This document shows, in pieces, positions 1 to 12,810 of a DNA stretch of 64,000 nt. Within the stretch, counting starts at the first letter, position 1. The number at the start of each line of letters is the position of its first letter. The notes beneath the pieces are model-generated. The model worked only from the letters and a program-made list of their open reading frames with translations. It did not search any database and was not told the DNA's origin. Made by a program: the position numbers and the translations under genes. Origin of the DNA: Octopus bimaculoides (Eukaryota); the NCBI RefSeq assembly GCF_001194135.2, contig NC_068993.1, forward strand, positions 25,601,059 through 25,665,058, written 5' to 3'.

Positions 1-344
1 AGCAACAGATCGCCAGCAATTGCTTCATCAGAAATTGCCGTCCTAGCTCCTGCGAAAAGGGATTACCCTGCTATGTATAATCAGGGCAGTGCAAAAAGTT
101 GTTTTGCACATATCATTTGTATAGCCAATTAGATGGATGAAATTTACGTACGATTAATAATGTTACGCAAAACAGCCTTCAAACTTGTCCTTTTCATTTC
201 ATCGTCTTTTGAATTACGAACATATTTACATCATAAGGGTTTTTTCGTTGTAAGTCTTTCTTTTTTAGTTGATTTTCACCTAGCAAGACTTATCGTAGAT
301 GGCATAATAAGTCATACCCGGACAACGTCGGGTTATACTGCTAG
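1..344 (+). mobile_element. Helitron 3' end (element begins left of the window)
   Basis: GC-rich hairpin ACCCGGACAACGTCGGGT at 316-333 followed by CTAG (341-344) and T, the canonical Helitron 3' terminus. Confidence 0.7.
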
Positions 345-1618
345 TAATAATAATAAAGCTGAAGTGAATACCAAATATACAATGTGTGTTTAATTGGCAG
401 AATATGACCATCCCCAAGTATAACAATATCTGTTTCAACACACAATTTCACATCAAGAATCTTGAGAAACAAATACATAAATCATCATCATCATCACCGT
501 CATCATCATCATCACCGTTTAACATCTGTTTTCCATGCTGGCATGGGTTGGATGTAATATTTAATTTTGTTTGAGATTTAAGTTCCTTATACCTACATCA
601 ATTCAATTATTGATTTCATCCTTATCCAATACTATAACATTTGGTCTGAAATAGTCATTTTAATTTTCTGTGAAATGGAGAACCGTTCTAATTTGCAATG
701 TGAAAGAATGAAGATTTTAGAAAATAACAGTTACAAAATTTCTTGCTCTTACACAGAAGTTTAATACAGATATTAGAAATTCAACAATGCCTTTCCCAAA
801 ACCCTTCAACTATGGAAAACGAAATTAACTTATAATACATACTTTCAACAAAATAAAACTGATATAATAAAGTGAAGGCTTTGGAAGGAGCCAAAAAGTT
901 TTAATTAATTTAAATGGCACCAGCAGTAAAAATAAAATAAAAAAATAAAATTATTAATTTTGTTCAAGAGAGACAGGGGAGGAAACTCTGAATTTGAAAT
1001 TAATTTAAACTAATTAATTATACAATACAGTGTGGAGTGATCAGCATCATCACTGTCACGATGATGATGATGATGATGAAGAAGATGATGCATTGTGTTC
1101 TACCAGAACCACAATGGCCACTTTTTCTCCTACAACAGAGTGGATGCGGTTGTCATGAACAGAAGGGATACTGTAAGTGGTTTTCCATCTCATTCAAACA
1201 TGACAGTGCAAATAATACTATGTTCAAGAAGGAAATTAGAAGAGAGAGGGGGGGGAGAAAGGGGGGGAAAGGAGAAAGACTGACAGACAGACAGACGAAC
1301 AGTGAGAGAAGTGGGATGGGATCAAACTCAGTATTTGACTGGTCATTTATCTTCCTAATCTTTGAAAAATGAAAGATAATAATGACCTTGATGGGATTTG
1401 AACTCAGAATGTGTAAGGTGGTGCAAAAACTGCAAGGCATAAATTAAATACTCCAAACATAATTTCCAATTCACCAACCATATATAGTTACAGTATTTAG
1501 AGCAAGGACCACACTCTCCACATTTTAAGCCCGAAAATAATTCCATAATACAGTAGCTAATGTTCTCTTTCAAGGGTTTGAGCAAGTAAAATATAGCAGA
1601 ATGGATTATGAGAACAGA

Positions 1619-1620
1619 AT

Positions 1621-1706
<86 letters not shown>

Positions 1707-1716
1707 GGTGGTGGTG

Positions 1717-1749
<33 letters not shown>
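1619..1749. repeat. (TAG)n/(TGG)n compound microsatellite
   Basis: Direct reading. Confidence 0.95.
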
Positions 1750-2062
1750 ATCTTTTTTTCTCTCTCCATGTACTCCCTGTTCATGTAGTTAGTCTTACTG
1801 TAGTTGTTGCTGTTGTTTCACTACTTTAATATGAAGTTCAAAAGTGTTATAAATAATATGCTTACTATATTTAGAATTTTTACTAATTAGGTTTTTTTTA
1901 TCCCAGGCAGATGATTAAAGGATACAGCACGAACCAAGAAAGGCAAATGACCATAGTTAGCGGCTAATATAAACAGTAACTGAGCATGTTCAGTAATGAC
2001 TCAGTAAAAGAATGTCTGTCTAGGCTTAGGGTTTATAATTCTATCAATATAATTTCACTGCT

Positions 2063-2260
2063 GAAGGTGGCAAGGAGGTAGAATTGTTAGTACTTAGCAG
2101 CATTTCATCTGTCTTTACATTCTGAGTTCAAATTCTACTGTGGCCCCTTTGTCTTTCATTTTTTGGGGGTCAATAAAATAAGTACCAGTTGAGCAACTAG
2201 GATCACAGTAACTGACTTATCCTCTCCCACTAAAGTGCTGGCCTTGTGCCAAAATATTAT
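2063..2260 (+). mobile_element. tRNA-derived SINE, decayed (octopus OK/OR-like family)
   Basis: ggtggcaaggaggtagaattgttag...ctgagttcaaattc...ggggtcaataaaataagtaccagttgagc; similar to copies at 33883 (minus) and 43108 (plus). Confidence 0.6.
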
Positions 2261-3472
2261 TTCACTGCTTCATCCCTTTTGTGTCAAATTTGTGGGCGAA
2301 CATCAAGTATTTTCTTATGCATGTCCTGTACCTAGAGTCTGCTTCATATGGAAGAAAAAATATCATTTCTGAATGTAATGGAAGTTACTCTAGGATAGAT
2401 TTCTTCTCTTTTCACAAGATAAAGCCAATCTGCAAGGAAACTATAATAGTATGTCTCACTGATATTTATATCAAAAACTCATGTTAAGTATAGTTTTAAC
2501 TCCACTGAGATTTGAACTCAGAACCTAGAAGGCAAGACTATAACTAATATGCCATCATTAGATGATGATGATGATGATGACACCAACGACGATGACAATT
2601 ATGATGATGATGACGACAACAATGATGATAGCTAAAAAGTTTTCAGCCCAATGTTGTCTCGGCCACAGAATATGATACCTGAACCAGTTTAAAGATATCC
2701 TCTACCATATTTATGAAATATAAAAGATTTTATAGAGAAATGAAATAGTTAACTAGCAGATACTGCACTGCCAACACATTGATCATAATTTCAAATCTGC
2801 TATGTTTTATTTGAGACTCTTTAGTTTTTTCTCAAGCAAGACATTTAATTCTGCATAGCTCACTTCACCTTAATATCAAGAATACAAATCAGTTACAAAA
2901 AAACTGGTGTCTTCTCCGCCATGATGTATGGAGATAAGCACCATCTTTATGGAGTACTGTGGTATGCAAAAAGATTTATCAGTTTTTTCCTCAAAAGTCT
3001 ATAGGTGTGATGAACCCATAAATGTTTATATATATATATATATATATATTCATGAAATAGATGTGTTTTTTAAAAAATATTAGAATGGCTCAAAAGCATT
3101 TTAGCCTCAACTATAACACATTGAAGTGTAACTGGCACCTATTTTCCTGTTAAGTAGTTTGAGAGAAACAATATTTCCTGTTTAAGGACAACTACAGAAA
3201 TAGTTTAAATAACAAGTCTTCATCAAAACATGTTATTATATCATCCAAGGTGAAAATGAACTTGTAATTCTTGCCCTCTAAATAGATCTATGTTAACTTA
3301 AAATTTACTTTTGGGGACATGATTTTATGATCAACATCATAAATTTGATCATCCAGATGCTGTACTCAGGATACTTTTCATGAAAAGAAAGATTATACAG
3401 GGTCAAAAAAGCAAACTATAATACTAAATAGCAATAAAACAAAAAAAAACAAAAAAAATAACAAACACTTAC

Positions 3473-3595
3473 TGCTACAGGATGTTCCACTTGACACTTG
3501 GTAGCCACTGGGACAATCACATTGATAAGAACCAAGAATATTAACGCAGATACTGGAACAGCCATGAGTTTTGTTTGAAGCACACTCATCAACAT
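3473..3595 (-). CDS. Exon G: calcium-binding EGF domain 6
   Basis: tatttggtttccag|AT...GCA|gtaagt; 123 nt, phase 1-1; DVDECASNKTHGCSSICVNILGSYQCDCPSGYQVSSGTSCS; ends in A rather than G, so the next exon cannot begin with the Asp of another cbEGF. Confidence 0.95.
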
Positions 3596-3747
3596 CTGGA
3601 AACCAAATAACATTGCAGATATTTATTTTATGTACAATTTCTTTGCAGGTATTACATAGAACTGACTTGTACTTTATTAGTTTACAGATCTGGGTCCAAA
3701 TTTCCTAGTGACATTTGATGTAATGTAGTGATGGGTACTACTAGTAG

Positions 3748-3987
3748 CAGAGCTGGTTTTAAGCTAATTAGAAAGACTTGTTCAAATTGGGCTCCACACC
3801 AAGTGAGGGCCCTGCACACATGCTCGAGTGGAGACTACCATGATGAATTTTTGTATATCTTTGTGGCATTTTGGCCATGAGTGGAATGCTACACAAAGCA
3901 TAAAACATCAATCTTCAGTTAATGTAGAATAGAGGGCCTCACTGATGATTCTCTATTTGGACCCTGCACTTCCTAGTACCGGCCCTG
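3748..3987. mobile_element. hAT-type MITE with 8-bp target-site duplication
   Basis: Imperfect TIRs CAGAGCTGGT...ACCGGCCCTG; identical ACTAGTAG flanks at 3740-3747 and 3988-3995. Confidence 0.8.
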
Positions 3988-4106
3988 ACTAGTAGTAATA
4001 TTTATTATCCAAGTTCATATCATGAAATCAATGACATTAAAAGAGAAAATATTAGAGTAATATTAAAGGATAAAATTATGCTTAAATAGGCAACCTCTTC
4101 ACAACA

Positions 4107-4182
<76 letters not shown>

Positions 4183-4879
4183 TAGATGCAAACATAGATA
4201 TATGATTAAGCCAACTTTGCAATCACATGACCTCAGGTTCAGTTTGATTTGTATTGCACCTTAAGTAAGTATCTTCCACTTGTCTCAGACCAAGTAACAC
4301 CTTGGAGCTGCAAGACATAAAAATTTACAGAAGCTTGTCATGTGCATCTGTGCATGTGTATATGCACGTGTGCATGCATGAGTGTGCATGTGTCTTTGTG
4401 CAGAAATGCCACTTGTTCTTCTTCACATGAGACCATCTGAGCATAAAACATTGATGTTATGTTTACAGTCTCCGTGAACAAAATATCTCGTACTTGTGTG
4501 CTTTTGAAGTTAAGTGGGAAAAAAAAGTCCCTTAGTTAAAAAAACTGGTAAAAGTTGGTGACAGGAAGAGCATCTGGTCATAAAATACTACTTCAAATAA
4601 GTTCTCATCTAACCTACGCCAGTATGAAAAAAAAACAAGGGTAAAATGAACGAACTGCAAGCTAAGGAAATACATAAAATTTACATAGAGGTTAAGCAAG
4701 TGAACTAATACTTATACATGGTAACTATCCACATTATGGAGAACTGAAGTTCTGAAGGGTGACCCAGGATGCTGAACTCTTCAGATGAGATGATAAAGGA
4801 CCAAGATACCAGGTGTCTTGTTGTACCCAAGAAGACCACATTCCCTGATGAAGAGGAATGGCCTGCAAGAGTCCTGTAC

Positions 4880-5125
4880 TGGTACCATAATAAAAGCACT
4901 CGTGCCAGTGCCATGTAAGAGCACTTGTCCCAGTGCAACAGTAAAAGCACCTACCACACACTGTAAAGTGGTTGGTGTTAGGAAGGGCATCCAGCCGTAG
5001 AAACCATACCAAATCAGACTAGAACTAGAACCTGGTGCAACTCTCCACCTTGGCAGCTCCAGTCAAACTGTCCAACCCATGCCACCATGGAAAATGGACA
5101 TTAAAGGATGATGATGATGATGATA
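4880..5125 (+). mobile_element. RTE-type LINE 3' end with (GAT)n tail, decayed
   Basis: gtggttggtgttaggaagggcatccagccgtagaaacc...ccaacccatgcc...gatgatgatg; same family as 16845, 40250 and 58790. Confidence 0.7.
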
Positions 5126-5870
5126 ACGATGAATGAATGTATCTTTCCAAGGGGATGTTATGCAGTACTAGTGACAATATATGAACTTTCAATTTTTTAT
5201 CTGAAACAGGTTACATTCTCAACTCAGCCAGTAATACTGGTCTGTTTAGATGTCATTAATTCCTTTCTTTAAATACAGCCATAGCAAGTACAACATTAAT
5301 GACAACCTCACCACCATCACCATCCCTATCTCAGACTACACAGAACTGGTTGAATCAACAAGGGAATTCCTTCATGGTCACTTGACCTGCTAGAAACAGC
5401 AGTCACGTTTCCTCCAAACTGCACACTATTGTATTAAAAATGGGAAAAAACACATGGGTTAATATAGTTCTAGGCAAACAAAAAATATGGAATGGTTATG
5501 ACTGAAATGCATCTGAATATAGGCCCATTCAGTCGAAGTTGATAAGAGTTTAATCATTGGAGACAACTGGTTACAAGCACAAATCTTGGTATGAAATAAC
5601 ATTTTATCTGGTAGTTAGTATTATCCACCCCAAAATACCTTATATTCTTGAAGCAAATGAAATATCTGTGATATAGTCACTCAACATGACAGGAAAACCT
5701 CTCTTCAATTGCTTGACTGCCATTTTAGAAAAGGAACGACACATTTGATAATCTTATATGTGAATGAGAAATAAGAGGGAACAGTTATGCCTGGAATGTC
5801 TTGGATTCTAGGTTTGATCAACAGGAATGATCTGTGACTAAGTTGCAACAGCACTAACTAATATTCCTAC

Positions 5871-5993
5871 CTTCGCAGGTGTATCCGTCTTCACTTAGGG
5901 TATATCCAGTCATACAGTAACAACGGTAAGAGCCCTGCGTATTCTCGCAGGCCTGATGGCAGATACTTTTATTCACGAAACATTCATTGATAT
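5871..5993 (-). CDS. Exon F: calcium-binding EGF domain 5
   Basis: gctttctaatttcag|AT...AAG|gtagga; 123 nt, phase 1-1; [41 protein letters not shown]. Confidence 0.95.
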
Positions 5994-6049
5994 CTGAAAT
6001 TAGAAAGCAAAAATAATATTGCTCATTATATAAACCATAAGAGCTGCAA

Positions 6050-6520
6050 TAAACGTGTCGGAGAGGGTTTGTTTCTCATTTGACACACTGATCTATCAAC
6101 CCAAGAGAGAGTTGGTTGTCATCTGAGACTCAACAAACTCTACAAAGAGAACAAACACAGCATACTTTACATCACCAGGAGCTGCTCACATACAGTCCAT
6201 AGCCACAGACCACTAATACAAAAAAGCAAACACACTGGAAATTAAAGACGATCCAAACTAACACAAATGGACATGCTTACAAGATCCAAAAACAACACAG
6301 TACCCATGACTTTCAGAAATATTTTTTCACACATAGAATTGCTAAAGCATGGAATAAACTACCTGCATCAATTGTTAGCAGTCAAAATACTACATCCTTC
6401 AAAACTTCCATGCTTCTTGAAATTTGCAAACAGGTGTCCCACCACACCTGCTTTTTTCTTTATTATAGATTTATTCCCTGTTCACTTCCTGTGCATATTC
6501 TATGTACTGTTCATGTAGTT
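6050..6520 (+). mobile_element. CR1/L2-clade LINE 3' fragment
   Basis: TNGHAYKIQKQHSTHDFQKYFFTHRIAKAWNKLPASIVSSQNTTSFKTSM matches the CR1 ORF2 C-terminal GH..K....FF..R....WN.LP...V......FK motif. Confidence 0.8.
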
Positions 6521-7018
6521 TTTGTTACTTTTTCTGATGAGTTGTAGTGCACCTGAGCACTGTATACAATAAGTTCCTTATCATTATTGAAGAGGAACCA
6601 TTTAAGCCATTTGTTACTGTAGTAAAAGCTCCAACTCTCACTGTCTCTGGCACTGTGTGTGCAATTACCCCTTTAACACACAGATTCATCTGCAATTCCA
6701 CCTTCTTACAACACAACCCTAATACTCTCCTTCCTACATCATGCAAACAAACATAAAAAGCATATATGAAGGAAAATAAAAGCAATGTTAATAACCCCAA
6801 ACAATGTCCTGGGAGACACACAATTACTGGTACATCATTCTCCTATTGAGTCCACCTCATCCACTTCCACTGTTATGACCACAAGAGCCGACAGGTGCCA
6901 CACACATTCATTGTACAGAGAGAAAAGTTCAACACATTCAGTCACATTGTCCTCTGAACAATAAACCATTGTAGAATGTTTGTTAACTTGTAAGGCAATA
7001 GTATATCTGGAACAACAT

Positions 7019-7230
7019 CCATAGTCATATAAATTGAATCAAGGAAACATTATACCACAAAGAGAGATCAGAGGCAGATGGGTTGAATTAGGCAAGTTCA
7101 GAGAATATAACACTACAGACAAAATACCCATTAGGAACAGATTGGTAACACCCAACTATGGCTGTCTTGTCTTTAGTGTTTAATTAGCTTTGCTATGGCA
7201 ATGATGACAACAACAGTTACAACAACTATT
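7019..7230 (+). repeat. Local direct repeat, copy 1 (copy 2 at 8232-8425)
   Basis: ccatagtc(a/c)tataaattgaatcaaggaaa...ctttagtgtttaattag(c/t)tttgctatg; about 10 substitutions and one 2-nt indel over ~180 nt by eye. Confidence 0.9.
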
Positions 7231-7609
7231 TGATTGTGCCTACTTATTTGATCAACATTCTATGTCTGTTTGATGCAAGTTGACCAGGGGTTAAACAAGA
7301 ACATGCAATGCACAGCTAGATTTTGTCTTCTTTATTTGTACCACTGCTATTCTAAAATTTCCAAACTAATGCTGGTCTCACCTAAAACCTGATAAACAAC
7401 AGCTGCTGCTACTGCTGCTGTTCACTCTATTGATTCTTTTATGATCTTCATCTTCTTTGCCACAAGATCTGTAACTATCATTAGTAGTGCCCCCTCATCA
7501 TCACCTTGTATAATGTGATCAACATCAGACTCCAAACAAAATATTTTACCCAAACCTCTTTTTAAGAGAAGCACATTGTTTTGGAAATCATTCCTAAATT
7601 ATTTTCTTT

Positions 7610-7731
7610 TTATGTATGGCAATTCCAAACAAACCAAATGAAGAGAATCATCAGAATATATAATCCAATGACTGTGTCCATGTGAATCAGATTGGAAATA
7701 AAATCTTTGTTGTATATTGCTGTACGATTAG
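7610..7731 (-). CDS. Candidate alternative terminal exon encoding a hydrophobic C-terminal membrane anchor
   Basis: Acceptor ttagtccttacctcag|CT; open in phase 1, in frame with exon E; (A)NRTAIYNKDFISNLIHMDTVIGLYILMILFIWFVWNCHT*; AATAAA on minus strand at 7336-7331. Confidence 0.55.
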
Positions 7732-8231
7732 CTGAGGTAAGGACTAACAGTTTGTATAATACTCTTTATTGAAAACGAAAGAGGAATGATATTCATTTCT
7801 GCAAAATATTCTCTATTCCAACTGCACAACAATGTACTTCTTGAATTAACCATATCTAGTTTATCTCCAGTCCCTAGTATCATTTTCTAATTCACTTGCT
7901 TATGCTAACACATAAGCTGAAAATCTTTTAGCAAGCCTCTCAACTACTTACCAATGTTAATACTTTTAATATGAAATGCTAAATAGAGTGACATGATTAG
8001 CTGCAATAGATGTCTTACAGATGGAATATCAATCACTAAGGCATGAAATATGATCAATACCTAGCTTTCAACAAGGCAGAACCTTGTTTACTTGCTTGTA
8101 GTAGTTAGATCAAACCAGCTTTTAAACAATGTTATTGGGAAAGGCCTGAACATCACAATATAGCATTTCCCATAATTACTTTTATTTGCAATTTAGAAAT
8201 CATTTCACTAGGTATGTCATAACATAAATAG

Positions 8232-8425
8232 CCATAGTCCTATAAATTGAATCAAGGAAATATTATACCACAGAGAGATCAGAGGCAGATGGGTTGAATT
8301 AGGTAGGTTCAGAGAATATAACACTACAGACAAAATACCCAATAGGAACAGATAGGTAACACTCAACTATGGCTATCTGGTCTTTAGTGTTTAATTAGTT
8401 TTGCTATGACAACAATGACAACTAT
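8232..8425 (+). repeat. Local direct repeat, copy 2 (copy 1 at 7019-7230)
   Basis: As for copy 1. Confidence 0.9.
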
Positions 8426-8719
8426 TGTAATATACTGTAAAGATTTCACAATTCTTCCTTGTCCTTTAAATGCATGAGTGAACTAACTGAGTAGTTTTAG
8501 TATTGTATAACCAGCTCAGAGCCATCCAGTAGATATGGGTTTGTATAACCAGCTCAAATAATACTTGGTACTATATAACTAGCACATATTAGAGAAGCAG
8601 CTTAAACAAGTGGTGGTAGAGAGGTGGAGCAGGTCTTATTCAGTAGGCTAGACTCTGTTATTTTCATTTCATTTTCTGCATCAATTATCATAGCAATTTC
8701 TCTATAATTTTCAGAACCC

Positions 8720-9879
8720 ATCATGAGTTGGATCAGTGAACATCGTGACTTCGTTATATTATAAAAAAAACACTCTGTAATAGAGAGGCAGCGAGAGTTC
8801 CATAGACACTTTCACGCACAGTCCAAATGCATCTGTATCAGATGAGAAAACAGTTTTGCTTTGGATTTCTAACTTTCAGGTAACTGGATCTACACTGTAA
8901 AGAAAATCGCCTGGCAGACCTAAGACCGTTACAACTCCAGAAAATGTGGCAACAGTAAGAGCATCCATTCAGCTATCACCAAAGCATTCCACTCATAAGC
9001 AGAGAACTAGAGTTTGAGGAGGATTCTGCATGCCAATTAGAAACGGCATCCTTTCAAAATGATGTTGGTTCAAGAATTAACTGAGACAGGTCATAACAAC
9101 TGCAGAGCTGTATGTGTGAATATTCTTGCACAAGTTTCTGCTGCAGCTTTTCTTCTGAGTACCAATGAGGCTCAATACCATATCAATGGAGCTGGAAACA
9201 AGCAGAATTTTCGCTACTGGGCTGAACATAATCCTCATGAACTCCACCAATGATTACTTCACTCTCCTCACATAACTGTTTGGTGTGCAGTTGCTAGCTA
9301 TGGTGTGATCAGCCTGCACTCTTTTGAAGAAGGTGGTGCAACAGTAACTGTTACCTTTGACTGATATGTTGCAATGTTGGAGGCCTTTCTGCACCCCAAA
9401 CTGGACGATTTGGACACAGAACGTCTGTGGTTTCAACAGGATGGGGCCACAGCTCACACAGCATGACATTCACTAAGAGTGCTAAGGGAAATGTTTCCAG
9501 GGCATTTGGTCTCTTTAAGGGGAGATGTGGGGTGGCTGGCAAGCCCTTGCAAAATTTAAGCCCTTGTGACTTTTTCCTTTGGGAATACTTAAAGGTTTTA
9601 AAAGGTTTTCTGACATTGTCCTCAAACTCTTGAGGATTTGAAGGAAGGGATCAGAGATGAAATTGATGCAATTCCACCTGAGATGACATGGAGAGTCATG
9701 AAGAACTTTTAGGAATGACTCCATCAATGTATTGCCAACAACAGCTGCCATTTGTCAAACCCATTAAAACAAAACTATGTTTTATGTACTTTTTAGAAAT
9801 ATAATCAGTTTTTTCCTAGATAGTTGTGTTCTTTTTTTATATCAATTCAAAATGTGGGAGATCTTTATGTTCCACCCTG
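8720..9879 (+). mobile_element. Tc1/mariner transposase pseudogene, DD41D (rosa)-like
   Basis: HINGAGNKQNFRYWAEHNPHELHQ, VWCA, FQQDGATAHTA...LREMFPGHLVSLRGDVGW...LSPCDFFLWEYLK; about 41 residues between the 2nd and 3rd Asp after correcting one frameshift; right end ...ccaccctgt; multiple stops; left TIR not clearly identifiable. Confidence 0.8.
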
Positions 9880-9884
9880 TCATC

Positions 9885-10280
9885 ATGGTATTGTATAATC
9901 ATCTGAGTGATTATTGTATTGCATGATCAGCTTAAAGATATACCATTGTATAACATGTTAATATAAATGGTACTGTAGAACCACCTCAAAGATATACTTT
10001 ATAACCAGCTAATTGATGTGTTTTATATAACCAGCTCAATGAAATGGTGCTGCATAACCAGAACATATAGATTTGGTACAGTATAATCAGCTAATAGATA
10101 CAAGTATATTATCTAATAACCATCTAAGAGATATGATACTGTATAACTAGCTGAATAGATATAGTACTATATAACCTGCATACAGATATAGTATTGTATA
10201 ACTAATTCACTGATATGGTTTGTGTAGCTAGTTGAGTAGATGTGATATTGTTAAACTAACACTTAGATATAGTACTACAA
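9885..10280. repeat. Degenerate ~27-28 bp minisatellite (GATATAGTACTGTATAACCAGCT-like)
   Basis: Recurrent gatat(a/g)gtact/ttgtataac(c/t)agct units; further units at 8500-8590. Confidence 0.8.
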
Positions 10281-10492
10281 GAGAAGATTTGATTCTTATC
10301 AATCTAAAGCTTTGAAACAGGAGCTAAACACCATTCTTTCAAATTCCCTTGAAACTGTATCAAACATATTTAATATAGTATATTCAGTTCAAGAATTTCT
10401 AATTGCATAGATCGTCTATAATTAAAACACTAAAATACATAAAATTGATGAATCAGTTAGAGGATGGATAAGAAAAGGCTCAAATAACTTAC

Positions 10493-10615
10493 CAATACAT
10501 GATCTTCTGTTGCTGTGTAGGATGAAACCAGTTTTGTTACAGAAACATTCAAATGATCCATTGTTATTGATACAAATATCATCACAGATGTAATTATCTT
10601 CGCACTCATTGATGT
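10493..10615 (-). CDS. Exon E: calcium-binding EGF domain 4
   Basis: tttctttgtttag|AC...TTG|gtaagt; 123 nt, phase 1-1; DINECEDNYICDDICINNNGSFECFCNKTGFILHSNRRSCI. Confidence 0.95.
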
Positions 10616-11059
10616 CTAAACAAAGAAATAACAGGTTTGAGAAATATTAAATCTTATTTATACCAATTTGATGGGGTTGGTGCATGAAGAGTTAACTGTC
10701 AACAGGAGGAACTTGAACTTAACAATTTACATGATGATATGTGAATAAGCCACCATGTCCACATCTATTCATAAACTATTCCATAACAGTCAGAAGTATC
10801 TCCAAGAGCAAATTGAGTATCCAGTTTTACTGAGAAGTTTGATTATAATTGCCTTGTCAATGTACAAATGAAGATAATTTACATGGGAGACAAAAGTTGT
10901 TGCTAACCAAGAAAGTAGTTAAGATAAGTGGGGAGAAAGAATTAGATTCTCCGTTTTTCTTTTTTTTTTCTTCTTTTTTATAATTACAAATCTCTTTTCC
11001 TTGGCTCAGATGAATAATGTAGGCTTTTGTATAATAAGTTCATGCAGGACTTACACAGG

Positions 11060-11370
11060 GCTCACTCAAACAACGAAGGCTTAAACTGAGAACACTCTGA
11101 AAAGCAACCTGAAATGGAGTGGCATTGGCCCACGTGAACTTCATGAGCTCTGCTGCAGACAGATTAGCATGGCTTCTCACCTCACCAGCAGCAGCTGCCC
11201 TTGAAGAGGACCAGCGTTTCACTGTTGCAAGAGACAGATGTCACAGGGTTGGCAACAGACTATTGTTGTAACATCTGTAGGTGCCTGTGTGTTTCCAGTT
11301 TTGGACTGCTAAGTCACATTTGCTTTCATTGCCAAGAACACAGACTCTGTCATCATCAGACACGTATGGA
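11060..11370 (+). mobile_element. RTE-clade LINE ORF C-terminal fragment
   Basis: NTLKSNLKWSGIGP..., AAAALEEDQR, DYCCNICRCLCVSSFGLLSHI (C..C.R.C.S..GL.SH motif of RTE C-termini). Confidence 0.75.
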
Positions 11371-12018
11371 CTACCAAGAAAAGGTATGGTTAAAAAGTTC
11401 ACACCACAAGCATGTTGCCACTGGTTCAATCCCACTACATGACATCATGAGCAGGATTAAAGACGCTTAAAATCAAAAGACAGAGAATTCTGATTTGTAA
11501 TAATAACCACAGAAGTAACTATTAAGGTGGTTTTAGTGTTAGTCTTCGTTACAACTATGTTGAAGCTATTTAGGTGTGTCTGTGTGTTTGTACAGGGAAA
11601 TTAAAGAAGAGTGGTAATTGTTGAATACATTGGTCAAAAATTTTTCAAGACTAGAAAAACTGAAGTAGAGGATAGAAGTTCTAAAAGAAGAGAACTTTAA
11701 AAGAGTTAACACCTCTTTCATATAGAAACACTGATAAAGATAATAGAATAACTTGGTGCATGAAGATAAACTTTTTCAAATTTTACCATTTACAGAACAA
11801 AATCAAAAAGTACAAAAATGAAAAGGGAGTAAGTCGTTATTTATTTATATTTATATTTTTCAATTTCAAGGTTCACTTAACACATTTTTAAAAACACAAT
11901 GAGTTATAGTTTTTACTAAATATTTAATTTCTTTCCTTCTTTTAAATATGTATATTTATTTCTGAATTTATTTAAAAAAAAGAAAATCATTTGTGTAGAT
12001 GTACATATATGTTTATGC

Positions 12019-12051
<33 letters not shown>

Positions 12052-12280
12052 TATCTATCTATTTATGCATGTATATATGTATATTTATGTATGTATATTG
12101 CATATATACATACATGCATACATGTGTGTGTGTGTGTATGCCTGCATGCAAAGTATATGTACACACACACACACAATATATTTCATAAATATACATATAA
12201 GTGAATACAAATATGTGTATATTTGTATGTGTGTGTATACAGAGAGAGAGAGAGAGAGATGCCCATACTTACATGCAAAT

Positions 12281-12317
<37 letters not shown>

Positions 12318-12687
12318 NNNNNNNNNNNNNNNNNNNNNNNNNNNNNNNNNNNNNNNNNNNNNNNNATATACATATATATATACTATATATACTTATATAT
12401 ATATATAAGTGTGTGTGTGTGTGTGTATCTATAATTACATACACACACACACACACACACACACACTCATACACACACACACATTGCTGAATATATAAAC
12501 ATATAGACCAATAACAATCTCCAAATGATGTATTTGGCTAAAAACCATAAATGAGGACACAAACATAAAGGAAAAGAAAATTATCTTGAGAAAGAAGTTT
12601 TGGTATTTTTCATTTTGTTGGACCTATTTATTGGTTTAGCAAACAATAAAACTTGCAAGTTAATCTGACTACAAGTATTTTACTGAC

Positions 12688-12810
12688 CAGTACAATCTTT
12701 GGTATTTGGCTTCAATTTAAAACCATGAGAACAGGCACAGTAGCTGCTACCGACAGTATTTACACATATCTGTGAACATCCGTCATTTTCTTTGGCACAT
12801 TCATTTACAT
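12688..12810 (-). CDS. Exon D: calcium-binding EGF domain 3
   Basis: tttctttttcccctcag|AT...CTG|gtcagt; 123 nt, phase 1-1; [41 protein letters not shown]. Confidence 0.95.

Noticed and set aside
1037-1372. ORFs near the left end as a possible next exon after exon G
   Set aside because: The phase-1 continuations from each nearby acceptor are short and uninformative; no domain is recognisable.
9885-10280. Regularly spaced motif resembling a repeat-spacer (CRISPR-like) array
   Set aside because: Whole units are degenerate copies of each other with no invariant repeat and no unique spacers; the context is eukaryotic and has no cas genes. It is a minisatellite.
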